From contig NC_000918.1 in the NCBI RefSeq assembly GCF_000008625.1, positions 390,001 through 422,000 of the forward strand: DNA of 32,000 nucleotides, given 5' to 3'. Origin of the DNA: Aquifex aeolicus VF5. GTDB taxonomy: Bacteria; Aquificota; Aquificia; Aquificales; Aquificaceae. The notes beneath the pieces are model-generated. The model did not search any database and was not told the DNA's origin. It was given only the letters and a program-made list of their open reading frames with translations. Positions within the stretch are counted from its first letter, which is position 1. Every line of letters starts with the position of its first letter. This document shows, piece after piece, positions 9,424-18,353 of this stretch. The position numbers were made by a program, and so were the translations under genes.

Positions 9424-10712
9424 AGGGAGGAAAGTTTTGAAAGTATCTTTTCCCTCCACTTTCTCGCCTTTGCGAAAATTTCTTCCTGATCCACTGTTTT
9501 AAGTTCCCTCTTTTCCATTAAAACCTTTCCCTTACATATGACTGTGTCTATACACTCGCTGTTTGCGGAGTAAACGAACTGAGAAATAGGATCGTAAAGC
9601 GGCTGAAACTCGGGAAAATCTGTATCTACAAGTATTAAATCCGCTTCGTAGCCTTCCTCTACCTTTCCTGCCTTTATTCCCGCAACCTTAAAGCCGTTTT
9701 CCGTTGCAATTTTTAAAGCTGTTCCGGCGTCTATCGCTTTTGCATCCAGGTTATAGCCCTTGTGGAATTTTGCACAGGTGGAAGTCTCTTCAAGCATGTT
9801 CAAGTTGTCGTTGGAAGCGGCACCGTCTGTGCCGAGCGTGACGGTTATTCCTCTTTTCACATAATCGGGTACGGGAGCTATACCGGATGCCAATTTCAAG
9901 TTACTTTCTGGACAGTGGGCTATTTTTACGTCTCTTTCTTTCAGTATTTCCCTTTCTTTTTCAGTGGTCCACACCATGTGCGCACACAGGACGTTTTTGT
10001 CTAGAAATCCTATGCTCTCTAAGTGTTCTACGGGAGTTTTTCCGTACTGCTCCTTTATCCTTTCAACTTCCTCTTTCGTTTCCGCAACGTGTATGTGGAG
10101 AAGCAATCCGTATTCGTCCGCCAGTTCCTTTGCCATTCTTAACGTATTCGGTGAACAGGTGTAGGGAGCGTGAGGGCATATTACGGGAAATACGAGTTCT
10201 CTGTTCTTAAACTCCTCTGCAAACTTTCTGGCTCTCTGTATGTACTCCTCGGGTGTTTTTGCCACTTTTGTCGGAAAGTCGAGGATTCCGAAACCGAGTC
10301 CCGCCCTTATCCCAACATCTTCACATGCCTCCGCCACAGCCTCTTCAAAGAAGTACATATCCATAAAGAGCGTAGTTCCGCTCCTTATTGACTCCACTAT
10401 ACCCAGGAGTGCCCCGTCTTTGACAAATTCAGGGGAAACGAACTCTCCCTCTAAGGGCCATATTACTTTTTGGAGCCAGTCGTGAAGGGGAAGGTCCGCT
10501 CCAAGACCTCTCAGAAGAGTCATTGAGATGTGTGTGTGCATATTAGCAAAGGAAGGAAAAGCTATCTTGCCCTTCCCGTTTATCGTGTACTTTGCTTCGC
10601 CCACGATGTTTTTCCCTATCTTTTCTATCTTTCCGTCTTTTACCGCTATGTCCCACTCTCCTTCCTTTTCTGGAATCAGGACGTTTTTTATCAAAAGATC
10701 GTACTTCTCCAT
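9420..10712 (-). CDS. mtaD: Amidohydrolase, 5'-methylthioadenosine/S-adenosylhomocysteine deaminase family
   Basis: 430-aa ORF: FANMHTHISMTLLRGLGADLPLHDWLQKVIWPLE, LHIHVAETKEEV, HMVWTTEKE, AHCPESNLKLASGIAPV, TLGTDGAASNDNLNMLEE. Confidence 0.85.
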   Translation of the reverse strand: MEKYDLLIKNVLIPEKEGEWDIAVKDGKIEKIGKNIVGEAKYTINGKGKIAFPSFANMHTHISMTLLRGLGADLPLHDWLQKVIWPLEGEFVSPEFVKDGALLGIVESIRSGTTLFMDMYFFEEAVAEACEDVGIRAGLGFGILDFPTKVAKTPEEYIQRARKFAEEFKNRELVFPVICPHAPYTCSPNTLRMAKELADEYGLLLHIHVAETKEEVERIKEQYGKTPVEHLESIGFLDKNVLCAHMVWTTEKEREILKERDVKIAHCPESNLKLASGIAPVPDYVKRGITVTLGTDGAASNDNLNMLEETSTCAKFHKGYNLDAKAIDAGTALKIATENGFKVAGIKAGKVEEGYEADLILVDTDFPEFQPLYDPISQFVYSANSECIDTVICKGKVLMEKRELKTVDQEEIFAKARKWREKILSKLSSL

Positions 10713-10745
10713 AGGGGATAATTTTAAACTGCTAAAATTCTAAGT

Positions 10746-12107
10746 ATGAAAATACTTATACTGAGTGGGGGAAAGGGAACTAGACTGTGGCCACTTTCTA
10801 GGGAAAACTTCCCCAAGCAGTTCATAAGGTTGTTTTCAAAACACTCCCTCTTTCAAGAAACCGTAAAAAGAGCGAAAAAGCTCGCAAAAGACGAGGATAT
10901 AGTTGTTATAACGGGAGAAAAGTACGAGTGGATTATCAGAAGTGAACTTGAAGAGATAGATGCCAACGAAGTTCGGGTGGTGGTAGAACCGGAGGGCAGA
11001 AACACAGCTCCCGCCATAGCCTTGGGAGTAAAGTACCTGATCCACAGCGAAACACCGCCTTCCGAGACCGTTCTAGTTCTTCCCTCCGATCACCTGATAA
11101 AAGACACGGAAAAGTTCGTAGAAGCGGTAAAAAAGGGAGAAAAGTATGCAAAGGAGGGATACATAGTACTCTTCGGAGAAAAACCCACTTACCCTGAAAC
11201 GGGATACGGATACATAAGGCTTAACGGAAAGCTAGAAGAAGGAGTTTACGAGATAGAGAAGTTTGAAGAAAAACCTGACTACGAAAAAGCTAAAGAGTAC
11301 GTATCCGACGGGAAGCACTTCTGGAACTGCGGGATATTCCTCTTCACCCTTGACAGAATAGTAAAAGACTACACTCAGTTAATGCCCGAAATTCCCTTCC
11401 ACGAGAAGTGGGAAGACTTTATTAAAGACTTTAAAAACTTTGAAGAAATTTCCTTTGATTACGCAATACTCGAACGGACGAAGAAGCTCGCCGTTGTAAA
11501 AATGGATGCCGGATGGAGTGACGTGGGTTCCTGGAAGGCGGTTTACGACAACTTGCCCAAAGACGAAAAGAGGAACGTCCTGATAGGTGATGTAAAGGCT
11601 ATGGATACTGAGTGTTCCCTCCTTCTCTCTCAAGGGAAAAACTTAATCGCGTGCATAGGACTTGAGGACTTCGTGGTGGTTGGGACTGAGGACGCCACGC
11701 TTATAGTGAAGAGGGATTACTCTCAGAAGGTAAAAGAAATAGTAAAGGAACTCGAAGAGGAAAATGACGAGAGAGCAATAGAGCACGTGACTTCCTTCAC
11801 ACCTTTCGGGAGTATAACCAAACTCGATAGAGGCGAAAGGTACAAGATAAGAAAAGTAGTTGTAAAAAAGGATAAGGAAATACCTTTGAGGATGCACCAC
11901 CACAGAACTGTTCACTTCGTCGTCCTTAAGGGAACAGCGAAAGTAAAGGTAGGGGATAAGGAGGAGTTCGTCCACGAGAACGAGAGTTTCTTCGTTCCTA
12001 AATCAACACCCTATAAAATAATAAACGTCGGGAAAATTCCCCTTGAGATGATAGAAGTTCAAAGCGGTGAATACTTAGGAGAGGACGATGTTGAAACACT
12101 TGAGTGA
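10746..12107 (+). CDS. manC: Mannose-1-phosphate guanylyltransferase / mannose-6-phosphate isomerase (bifunctional type)
   Basis: 453-aa ORF: ILSGGKGTRLWPLSRENFPKQF, LPSDHLI, ETGYGYIR, WNCGIFLF, DAGWSDVGSW, then a cupin domain RMHHHRTVHFVVLKGTAKV...STPYKIINVGKIPLEMIEVQSGEYLGEDDV. Confidence 0.93.
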   Translation: MKILILSGGKGTRLWPLSRENFPKQFIRLFSKHSLFQETVKRAKKLAKDEDIVVITGEKYEWIIRSELEEIDANEVRVVVEPEGRNTAPAIALGVKYLIHSETPPSETVLVLPSDHLIKDTEKFVEAVKKGEKYAKEGYIVLFGEKPTYPETGYGYIRLNGKLEEGVYEIEKFEEKPDYEKAKEYVSDGKHFWNCGIFLFTLDRIVKDYTQLMPEIPFHEKWEDFIKDFKNFEEISFDYAILERTKKLAVVKMDAGWSDVGSWKAVYDNLPKDEKRNVLIGDVKAMDTECSLLLSQGKNLIACIGLEDFVVVGTEDATLIVKRDYSQKVKEIVKELEEENDERAIEHVTSFTPFGSITKLDRGERYKIRKVVVKKDKEIPLRMHHHRTVHFVVLKGTAKVKVGDKEEFVHENESFFVPKSTPYKIINVGKIPLEMIEVQSGEYLGEDDVETLE

Positions 12108-13089
12108 AAAGTTCATCTACTACATGGCGGAGTACTTCTTTGAGTTTGAAAAGAGGAAACACTACTACAAGCTCGCCAACAACCTTTACAACTCCTACCT
12201 GAAGGGCAAAAAGTTCAACAGGAGTTTATTGAAGAAAGTAAAGGAGGACCTGAACCTCTGGATAGATAATCCGAACCAGATACAGGTTTACTCAAGGTTT
12301 TTAAACGAAGTAGAAAAGGAAGGAGTCAAGAGTTTCGGGGAAGGTTTGGCGATAATACCGCTTATTAACCTCTACAGAGAGGTGTGGAGGGAGCTGGAAG
12401 AAGAACAGAACAAAGTGGAAAAACTCAGAGAGTACATCTTAAAGCTGGACTCCTGTGAGATATGCACGAGAGGACTCGAAGGGGAAGAATTTTTTAACTG
12501 CCTTACACAAAACGTGGACTTTTTAACAGCGACCCATATAGCGAACTTCTTCTTTGAAGAGGAATTCCTTCCCCTGAATGAGGAAATCGCCCAGATTTTG
12601 AACATCAGTAAAGAGAATTACTTTGAAGTTATAAAGAAGTTAAAGGGGGCAAACCTTAAAAACTTGTACGGAGCACTCTACGTTTTACTCCAGAGGGACA
12701 GCGTTAAGGTAAACCATGTAAAGAGACTCCTCGGTATAAGCAGGGAGGCAGAACTACTGAAAGAAGCCCAATACGCGTGGAATACGGGAGACTTTTACAG
12801 GGCACACGAAATACTGGAAGAGGTATGGGGATTATTTAAAAACGAGGAGATAAAGAAGTGCTACAGGGGGCTCATAAGGGCGGCTATTGCCCTACACAGG
12901 TTCAAGGAAGGAAACCCGCAATCAGGTGCAAACGTTGTAAAACAAGCCCTTCTTGACATGGCAAACTGCCCGGACAACTTCAGGGGGATAAATTTGGGAG
13001 AGATAAGGGCTTACTTGGAAGAGGTGTTGGGAACCAAGGAGATTGGAAATCCGCCGGAATTGAAGTATAATATTAAATCTGAGGAGTAG
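12088..13089 (+). CDS. DUF309-domain protein with a long N-terminal extension
   Basis: 333-aa ORF. The C-terminus has the DUF309 signature AWNTGDFYRAHEILEEVWGLFKNEEIKKCYRGLIRAAIALHRFKEGNPQSGANVVKQAL. The N-terminal ~220 aa are unassigned. Confidence 0.75.
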   Translation: MLKHLSEKFIYYMAEYFFEFEKRKHYYKLANNLYNSYLKGKKFNRSLLKKVKEDLNLWIDNPNQIQVYSRFLNEVEKEGVKSFGEGLAIIPLINLYREVWRELEEEQNKVEKLREYILKLDSCEICTRGLEGEEFFNCLTQNVDFLTATHIANFFFEEEFLPLNEEIAQILNISKENYFEVIKKLKGANLKNLYGALYVLLQRDSVKVNHVKRLLGISREAELLKEAQYAWNTGDFYRAHEILEEVWGLFKNEEIKKCYRGLIRAAIALHRFKEGNPQSGANVVKQALLDMANCPDNFRGINLGEIRAYLEEVLGTKEIGNPPELKYNIKSEE

Positions 13090-13165
13090 GCGGCGTAGCT
13101 CAGCTGGTCAGAGCGGGGATCTCATAAGTCCCAGGTCGGAGGTTCGAGTCCTCCCGCCGCCACCA
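13089..13165 (+). tRNA. tRNA with CAT anticodon, most likely elongator tRNA-Met (tRNA-Ile2 not excluded), CCA encoded
   Basis: 77-nt cloverleaf: acceptor GGCGGCG/CGCCGCC, D arm GCTC AGCTGGTCA GAGC, anticodon stem GGGAT/GTCCC with loop CTCATAA, T arm GGAGG TTCGAGT CCTCC, then A + CCA. G1:C72 pairing argues against the initiator. Confidence 0.96.
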
Positions 13166-13185
13166 AATCCTTTAAAATCTTTCTC

Positions 13186-14499
13186 ATGTTCGGTCTAATC
13201 CAGAAACACAAGAGAATTGCCGTAATAATAGTTACCCTTGCGTCTTTATCCTTCCTCTTCTGGATGTTCTCGGTCTCGGACGTAAAGCAGATGCTCACAG
13301 GAAATCCTTGTGTCGCAACAGTAGGAGATGAGTGTATAACTCTCAGGGAGTATAGATTTGAACTCTTAAAGTACTCAAATTTCCTTCAGGACGAAAGAAC
13401 TGAAAAACTCGCAAGGAGAGTGGCTTTAAATTCTCTTATCACTAAAGAAGTTTTGTACTTAAAAGCTAAAGAACTCGGCTGGTACGTATCGGATGAGGAA
13501 GTTGTGGAAGTAATTAAAAACGACGAAAACTTCAAAGAAAAGGGTAAGTTTTCCGTGGAGAAGTACAGGGAAACCTTAAATAGATTTGGACTAACCCCTG
13601 CGGAGTATGAGGAAATCGTAAGGAAAAGCTTAATGGCTCAGAGAGTTTTAAACTTTTTAAGGGAAGGCGTTTACGTTCTTCCCGACGAACTGGACATTCA
13701 GAAAAGGTTTTACTCCCTTCGTGTAGAGGGAAAGCTTTACCTGATAAAGCCTTCGGACGTAAAAGTAGATTACGAGCCAAGCGAAGAAGAAATCAAAGAA
13801 TATTACGAAAAGAATAAGGAAAAGTTTAAGGAAGAAGAAAAGGAAGTTGTGTACGTCTGGAGCTTAAAAGACAAGGAAAAGGTGAAGGAATACTATGAAA
13901 ACCTGAAGAAGGGAAGTATTCCTTCAGGCTACACGGAGTTCAACGAAAATCTCCCGCCAAAAGTTAAGGAAGCAGTAAAGGAACTCAATCAAGAAAATAG
14001 GATAAAAGTGGTAAGAGTAGGCGAGAATTACTACCTCCTTTACTACAAAGGAAAGGAAAATGCTGGCTACAAACCTCTGGAAGAGGTGAAGGAAGAAATA
14101 AAGAAAGAACTCGTAGCTAAAAAACAGAGGGAAAAATTGAAGGAGTTTGCACAGGAAGTGTTTAAAAACTTGAAAGAAGGGAAAGAAGTCGGGGTAAAAC
14201 CACTTGCATTCTCTTCCGCAAGCCTTGAGGAAATACAACGAATACTTATGGTGGAGCAGAAGGATTTACTTAATTTGGTTTTCGGGAAAGAAAAGGTTTA
14301 TGGACCTTACCCTTCGCTTGCGGGGTACGGAATACTGGTAGTTAAAAACAGGAAGTTTGAAGAATTAAAACCTGAGCAGGTAAAGGAAATTGAAAGGGAA
14401 CTTAAAGACAACAAGTTTAACGACCTTGCTGGGCTTTTCGTAGAAAAGTTGATAAAAGAGTACGGAGTGAAAGTGAACGAACAACTGGCAGGGATTTAG
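13186..14499 (+). CDS. SurA/PpiD-like membrane-anchored periplasmic chaperone
   Basis: 437-aa ORF: N-terminal anchor [30 protein letters not shown], SurA_N-like [21 protein letters not shown]...[15 protein letters not shown]..., followed by a divergent parvulin-like region. Confidence 0.75.
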   Translation: MFGLIQKHKRIAVIIVTLASLSFLFWMFSVSDVKQMLTGNPCVATVGDECITLREYRFELLKYSNFLQDERTEKLARRVALNSLITKEVLYLKAKELGWYVSDEEVVEVIKNDENFKEKGKFSVEKYRETLNRFGLTPAEYEEIVRKSLMAQRVLNFLREGVYVLPDELDIQKRFYSLRVEGKLYLIKPSDVKVDYEPSEEEIKEYYEKNKEKFKEEEKEVVYVWSLKDKEKVKEYYENLKKGSIPSGYTEFNENLPPKVKEAVKELNQENRIKVVRVGENYYLLYYKGKENAGYKPLEEVKEEIKKELVAKKQREKLKEFAQEVFKNLKEGKEVGVKPLAFSSASLEEIQRILMVEQKDLLNLVFGKEKVYGPYPSLAGYGILVVKNRKFEELKPEQVKEIERELKDNKFNDLAGLFVEKLIKEYGVKVNEQLAGI

Positions 14500-16211
14500 T
14501 ACTTTCTCTCTTCTGGTTTGTACTTTGTTATCCTTACGGGAATGTATTCAAGCTTTAAATTGCCGTTTTTGTCGTAATAGACGAGGGAGTGTTTTAAGAA
14601 GTTTTTGTCGTCTCTCTGGGGATAGTCCTCTCTGGAATGTCCGCCTCTTGACTCCCTTCTGTGGAGGGCGGAGTATGCAACCACCCTCGCGAGTTCGAGC
14701 ATGTTTCTTAGCTCAAGAACTTCTATCAGGTTAGTGTTAAAGACTTTTGCTTTGTCAACGACAGGTATGTTGTTCCACCTTTCTAGGAGTTCCGAGAGTT
14801 CATCGTAGGCTTCTTTTAAGGACTTTTCATCTCTGAATATTCCCATTTTTGCCCAGGTTATTTCACCCATCTGGGCACGCACCTGAGCCAAGCTTTCATT
14901 TCCTTCCCTCTTCATCAATTCCTCTATAAATTCCTCAGATTTTTTTGGTTCACTTTCGCTTACTGGGGCAAAATCCGTTTCTTTTACGAATTCCCTTACA
15001 GCCATTCCGCAGTACTTTCCAAAAACTACGAGTTCAGTGAGTGAGTTTCCTCCGAGTCTGTTTGCCCCGTGCACGGAAACGCAGGCACACTCGCCTACCG
15101 CGTAAAGGCCCTTCAACGGAGTTTCAGAGGTTTTGTAATTCTCAACGTGAATACCACCCATACAGTAGTGGGCAGAAGGTCTTATCGGAACGAGTTCCTT
15201 TGCGGGATCTACACCTTCAAAGTCTATGGCGAGCTGTCTTACCTGAGGAAGCCTTTCCTTTATTTTCTCTTCTCCTAGGTGTCTTAAATCCAGGTAAACA
15301 TAGGCCCTCGCTCCTTCGCCGACTCCCCTTCCTTCTCTTATCTCTGTTTCTATTGCCCTTGAGACTATGTCCCTCGGGGCGAGCTCCATTTTGTCTGGAG
15401 CGTATCTCTTCATAAACCTTTCCCCTTCTTTGTTAAGGAGGTATCCGCCTTCTCCCCTGCAGGCTTCTGATAAGAGTATTCCCGTTTTTGCGAGTCCGGT
15501 GGGGTGGAACTGGATAAATTCCATGTCCTTCAATGGAACTCCTGCTCTCAGGGCTACCGCCTGTCCGTCTCCCGTGTTTCCTATTGCATTTGTGCTCCTG
15601 AACCAGTAAATCCTTGCAAAACCCCCAGTTGCAAGAACTACAGCCTTCGCTTGTAAAAATAAAACTTCACCGTTCCTGATATCGTAAATCGTTACACCCT
15701 TTACCCTCTCTCCGTCGTGGATGAGGTCCAGGAGAAAGTACTCGTTGAAAAAGGTAATGTTGTCCCTTGCAAGTGCCTGTTCAAATAAGGTGTGAAGGAG
15801 AACGTGCCCCGTTTTGTCCGCAGCAAACACGGTTCTTGGGAAGGAAGCCCCACCGAAAGGTCTCTGGGCAATTCTGCCGTCGGGCAGTCTCGAAAAGGGA
15901 ACTCCCCACCTGTCCAGCTCGTATATAATCTCCGGGGCTTTTTCGGTCATAAAGAAAACCGCATCCTGATCCGCCAAAAAGTCGGAACCCTTTATCGTGT
16001 CGTAGGCATGAACTTCAGGGCTGTCGTCGGGGATTACGTTTCCGAGAGCTGCGTTCATTCCGCCCTGTGCGGCTCCCGTGTGGGAACGGGTCGGGTAAAC
16101 CTTTGAAACGAGAGCAACGCTTATATTCGGATCTTTCGCCACTTCTATTGCGGTTCTCAGTCCGGCACCACCGCCGCCGATAACTACTACGTCGTATTTC
16201 TTAATTTCCAT
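14496..16211 (-). CDS. frdA: Fumarate reductase / succinate dehydrogenase flavoprotein subunit
   Basis: 571-aa ORF: [109 protein letters not shown]. Confidence 0.95.
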   Translation of the reverse strand: MEIKKYDVVVIGGGGAGLRTAIEVAKDPNISVALVSKVYPTRSHTGAAQGGMNAALGNVIPDDSPEVHAYDTIKGSDFLADQDAVFFMTEKAPEIIYELDRWGVPFSRLPDGRIAQRPFGGASFPRTVFAADKTGHVLLHTLFEQALARDNITFFNEYFLLDLIHDGERVKGVTIYDIRNGEVLFLQAKAVVLATGGFARIYWFRSTNAIGNTGDGQAVALRAGVPLKDMEFIQFHPTGLAKTGILLSEACRGEGGYLLNKEGERFMKRYAPDKMELAPRDIVSRAIETEIREGRGVGEGARAYVYLDLRHLGEEKIKERLPQVRQLAIDFEGVDPAKELVPIRPSAHYCMGGIHVENYKTSETPLKGLYAVGECACVSVHGANRLGGNSLTELVVFGKYCGMAVREFVKETDFAPVSESEPKKSEEFIEELMKREGNESLAQVRAQMGEITWAKMGIFRDEKSLKEAYDELSELLERWNNIPVVDKAKVFNTNLIEVLELRNMLELARVVAYSALHRRESRGGHSREDYPQRDDKNFLKHSLVYYDKNGNLKLEYIPVRITKYKPEERKY

Positions 16212-16238
16212 AACAATATTTTAAGATACAGCGTCTAG

Positions 16239-16355
16239 CTACCTGCTGTTCTTTATTTGCCTGTTTACAAGGTATATAATCGTGCCTCCCACGATTAAGG
16301 AAAAAACAAGGATAAGTGTAAATACAATAAAGAGAGCTTTGTCAACTTCACTCAT
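16239..16355 (-). CDS. Small 38-aa single-TM protein (not in ORF track)
   Basis: Manual minus-strand translation MSEVDKALFIVFTLILVFSLIVGGTIIYLVNRQIKNSR* with one clear TM helix. Located 27 bp upstream of the frdA start, same strand. Confidence 0.55.
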   Translation of the reverse strand: MSEVDKALFIVFTLILVFSLIVGGTIIYLVNRQIKNSR

Positions 16356-16437
16356 CTCTTTTTAATTTACCACCTAAGTTGATAATATTGAACTCTAGAA
16401 GTAGTAGTATCAAAGAAATTATTAATCCGTAGAGCAT
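16348..16437 (-). CDS. Small 29-aa TM peptide ORF (possibly ~48 aa if a frame ambiguity upstream is real)
   Basis: Manual translation MLYGLIISLILLLLEFNIINLGGKLKRDE*. Its last 8 bp overlap the start of the 38-aa ORF. The same frame is open upstream (..SHRIRKILFATNKPNFGLMLYG..) to about 16497. Confidence 0.4.
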   Translation of the reverse strand: MLYGLIISLILLLLEFNIINLGGKLKRDE

Positions 16438-16506
16438 CAAACCAAAATTGGGTTTATTCGTAGCAAAAAGTATTTTCCTAATTCTGTGAGAGCATCCTTA
16501 CTAAAT

Positions 16507-17820
16507 CTATCCCATTTCATCCCCAAAAACCTTTTCATAAACGTAATCCCTGTTCTTCAGAAACTCCCATGGGTCCAGAGCCTTCTCTATTTCCTCCTCT
16601 GTAAGGTATTTCGTAACTTCGGGGTCCTCTAAGAGTGTTTCTTTAAAAGTTTTATCGCTTTCCCAAGCCTTCATTGCACATCTCTGAACTATATCGTAGG
16701 CGTAATCTCTTGAAAGCCCTTTTTGGGTCAGGAGGACGAGTATCTTTGAAGAGGCGTAGAGCCCTTTTGAGAGTTCCATATTTTTTCTCATTCTCTCCTT
16801 GTTCACCACAAGTCCTTTCAGTATTTCGTAAAAGAGGTTCAGGATGTAGTCAAGGGCTATGAAGGAGTCCGGAAGTATTACCCTTTCAACGGAAGAGTGG
16901 GAAATGTCCCTCTCGTGCCACAGAACTACGTCCTCCATAGCGGGTATTGAGTTGGCTCTTATAACCCTTGCGAGTCCGCATATTCTTTCCGAGTGTATTG
17001 GGTTCTTCTTGTGGGGCATGGCCGAAGAGCCTCTTTGACCTTTCGTAAAGGGTTCTAAAACTTCCAAAACTTCTGTCCTCTGGAGGTGTCTTATTTCCGT
17101 TGCAAACTTTTCTAAGGAACTCGCTATTAGTCCGAGGGTTGTTAGGAGCTGGGCGTGCCTGTCTCTGTGGACTATTTGAGTAGATGCAGGTTCTATTTTA
17201 AGACCGAGTTCTTCAAGGGCTAACTTTTCAACCTCAGGTGGGATGTTGGAGTAAGTGCCAACAGCTCCTGAAATTTTCCCGTAAAGGACATTTTCCCTTG
17301 CAAAGAGAAGTCTCTCCTTTTGCCTCCTCATTTCGTCGTACCACACGCACATCTTGAGACCGAAAGTGTAGGGCTCTGCGTGAACTCCGTGAGTTCTTCC
17401 CATCATTAGGGTATCCTTGTGTTCAAAGGCAAGTCTCTTTATCTCTTCCATTACCTTGTCTATATCCTTCAGGATTATGTCAATCGCCTCTCTTATGAGG
17501 AGTGCGAGGGCTGTGTCAACAACGTCAGAAGAGGTAAGACCCATGTGTATGTACCTTCCCTCTTCTCCTACCTGCTCGGCGATTACAGAAACGAACGCCA
17601 GAACGTCGTGTTTAAAAACCTTTTCCTTTTCCTTAATTTTCTCAACAACCTTTTTGTCAACGTAAGTTTTTTCTTCTATCTTTTTTAAGGCATCTCGGGG
17701 GATCTTACCGAGTTTTGCCCAAGCCCTGCATACCGCTATCTCAACGTCCAACCACTTTTTAAACTTATTAACCTCACTCCAGACATCGCCCATTTCCTTT
17801 CTGGTGTAGCGCTCTATCAT
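16507..17820 (-). CDS. purB: Adenylosuccinate lyase
   Basis: 437-aa ORF starting MIERYTRKEMGDVWSE, with MGRTHGVHAEPYTFG and the signature GSSAMPHKKNPIHSERI. Confidence 0.97.
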   Translation of the reverse strand: MIERYTRKEMGDVWSEVNKFKKWLDVEIAVCRAWAKLGKIPRDALKKIEEKTYVDKKVVEKIKEKEKVFKHDVLAFVSVIAEQVGEEGRYIHMGLTSSDVVDTALALLIREAIDIILKDIDKVMEEIKRLAFEHKDTLMMGRTHGVHAEPYTFGLKMCVWYDEMRRQKERLLFARENVLYGKISGAVGTYSNIPPEVEKLALEELGLKIEPASTQIVHRDRHAQLLTTLGLIASSLEKFATEIRHLQRTEVLEVLEPFTKGQRGSSAMPHKKNPIHSERICGLARVIRANSIPAMEDVVLWHERDISHSSVERVILPDSFIALDYILNLFYEILKGLVVNKERMRKNMELSKGLYASSKILVLLTQKGLSRDYAYDIVQRCAMKAWESDKTFKETLLEDPEVTKYLTEEEIEKALDPWEFLKNRDYVYEKVFGDEMG

Positions 17821-17861
17821 AGGGAATAGGATATCAGAAGGGAGGGAAAGGAAAGAAGGGA

Positions 17862-18254
17862 TTACTTCGCAGCTTCTTCCATTATTTTCTTTATCGTGTT
17901 TTCAACTTCTTCAGCCAGTTCTTTGAACTCATCAGCTTGATAAAGTTTCAAGAGTTCCGTAGGTGCAATAGTGCTGAGAACCACCTTTCCGTCCTGTTCG
18001 TAAACGGAAATCCTGCAAGGCATGGCGGTGGAAACCTCAGGTTTTTTAGAGAGAACCTGGCTTGCAGCTTTTGGCTGGCATATCTCTACTATCGTGCACT
18101 TGTAGCTTATGGGCATTCCCTTGCTTTCAAGTATTTTGTGAACCTCGTGAACGGACATCACACCAAAGCCGTTCTCCTTTGACTTTTCCTGAACGGCCTG
18201 AACTACTTGTTCAAAGTCTTTGGTGCTCTCCACGTTTATCAGCATCTTAGCCAC
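17862..18254 (-). CDS. DUF302-family protein
   Basis: 130-aa ORF: DFEQVVQAVQEKSKENGFGVMSVHEVHKILESKG...YKCTIVEICQPKAASQVLSKKPEVSTAMPCRISVYEQDGKVVLSTIAP. Confidence 0.8.
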   Translation of the reverse strand: MAKMLINVESTKDFEQVVQAVQEKSKENGFGVMSVHEVHKILESKGMPISYKCTIVEICQPKAASQVLSKKPEVSTAMPCRISVYEQDGKVVLSTIAPTELLKLYQADEFKELAEEVENTIKKIMEEAAK

Positions 18255-18353
18255 CTCCTTATAGATTTTTTAAAAATAGTATTCACTAACCATTCTATCA
18301 TTTCTATGACTTTAAACATTAACCGAAAGGGATAAAATTTTTAATCGTGGGAG

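Noticed and set aside
9762-10743. Several overlapping plus-strand ORFs opposite the amidohydrolase gene
   Set aside because: Shadow ORFs of mtaD. None carries a family signature.
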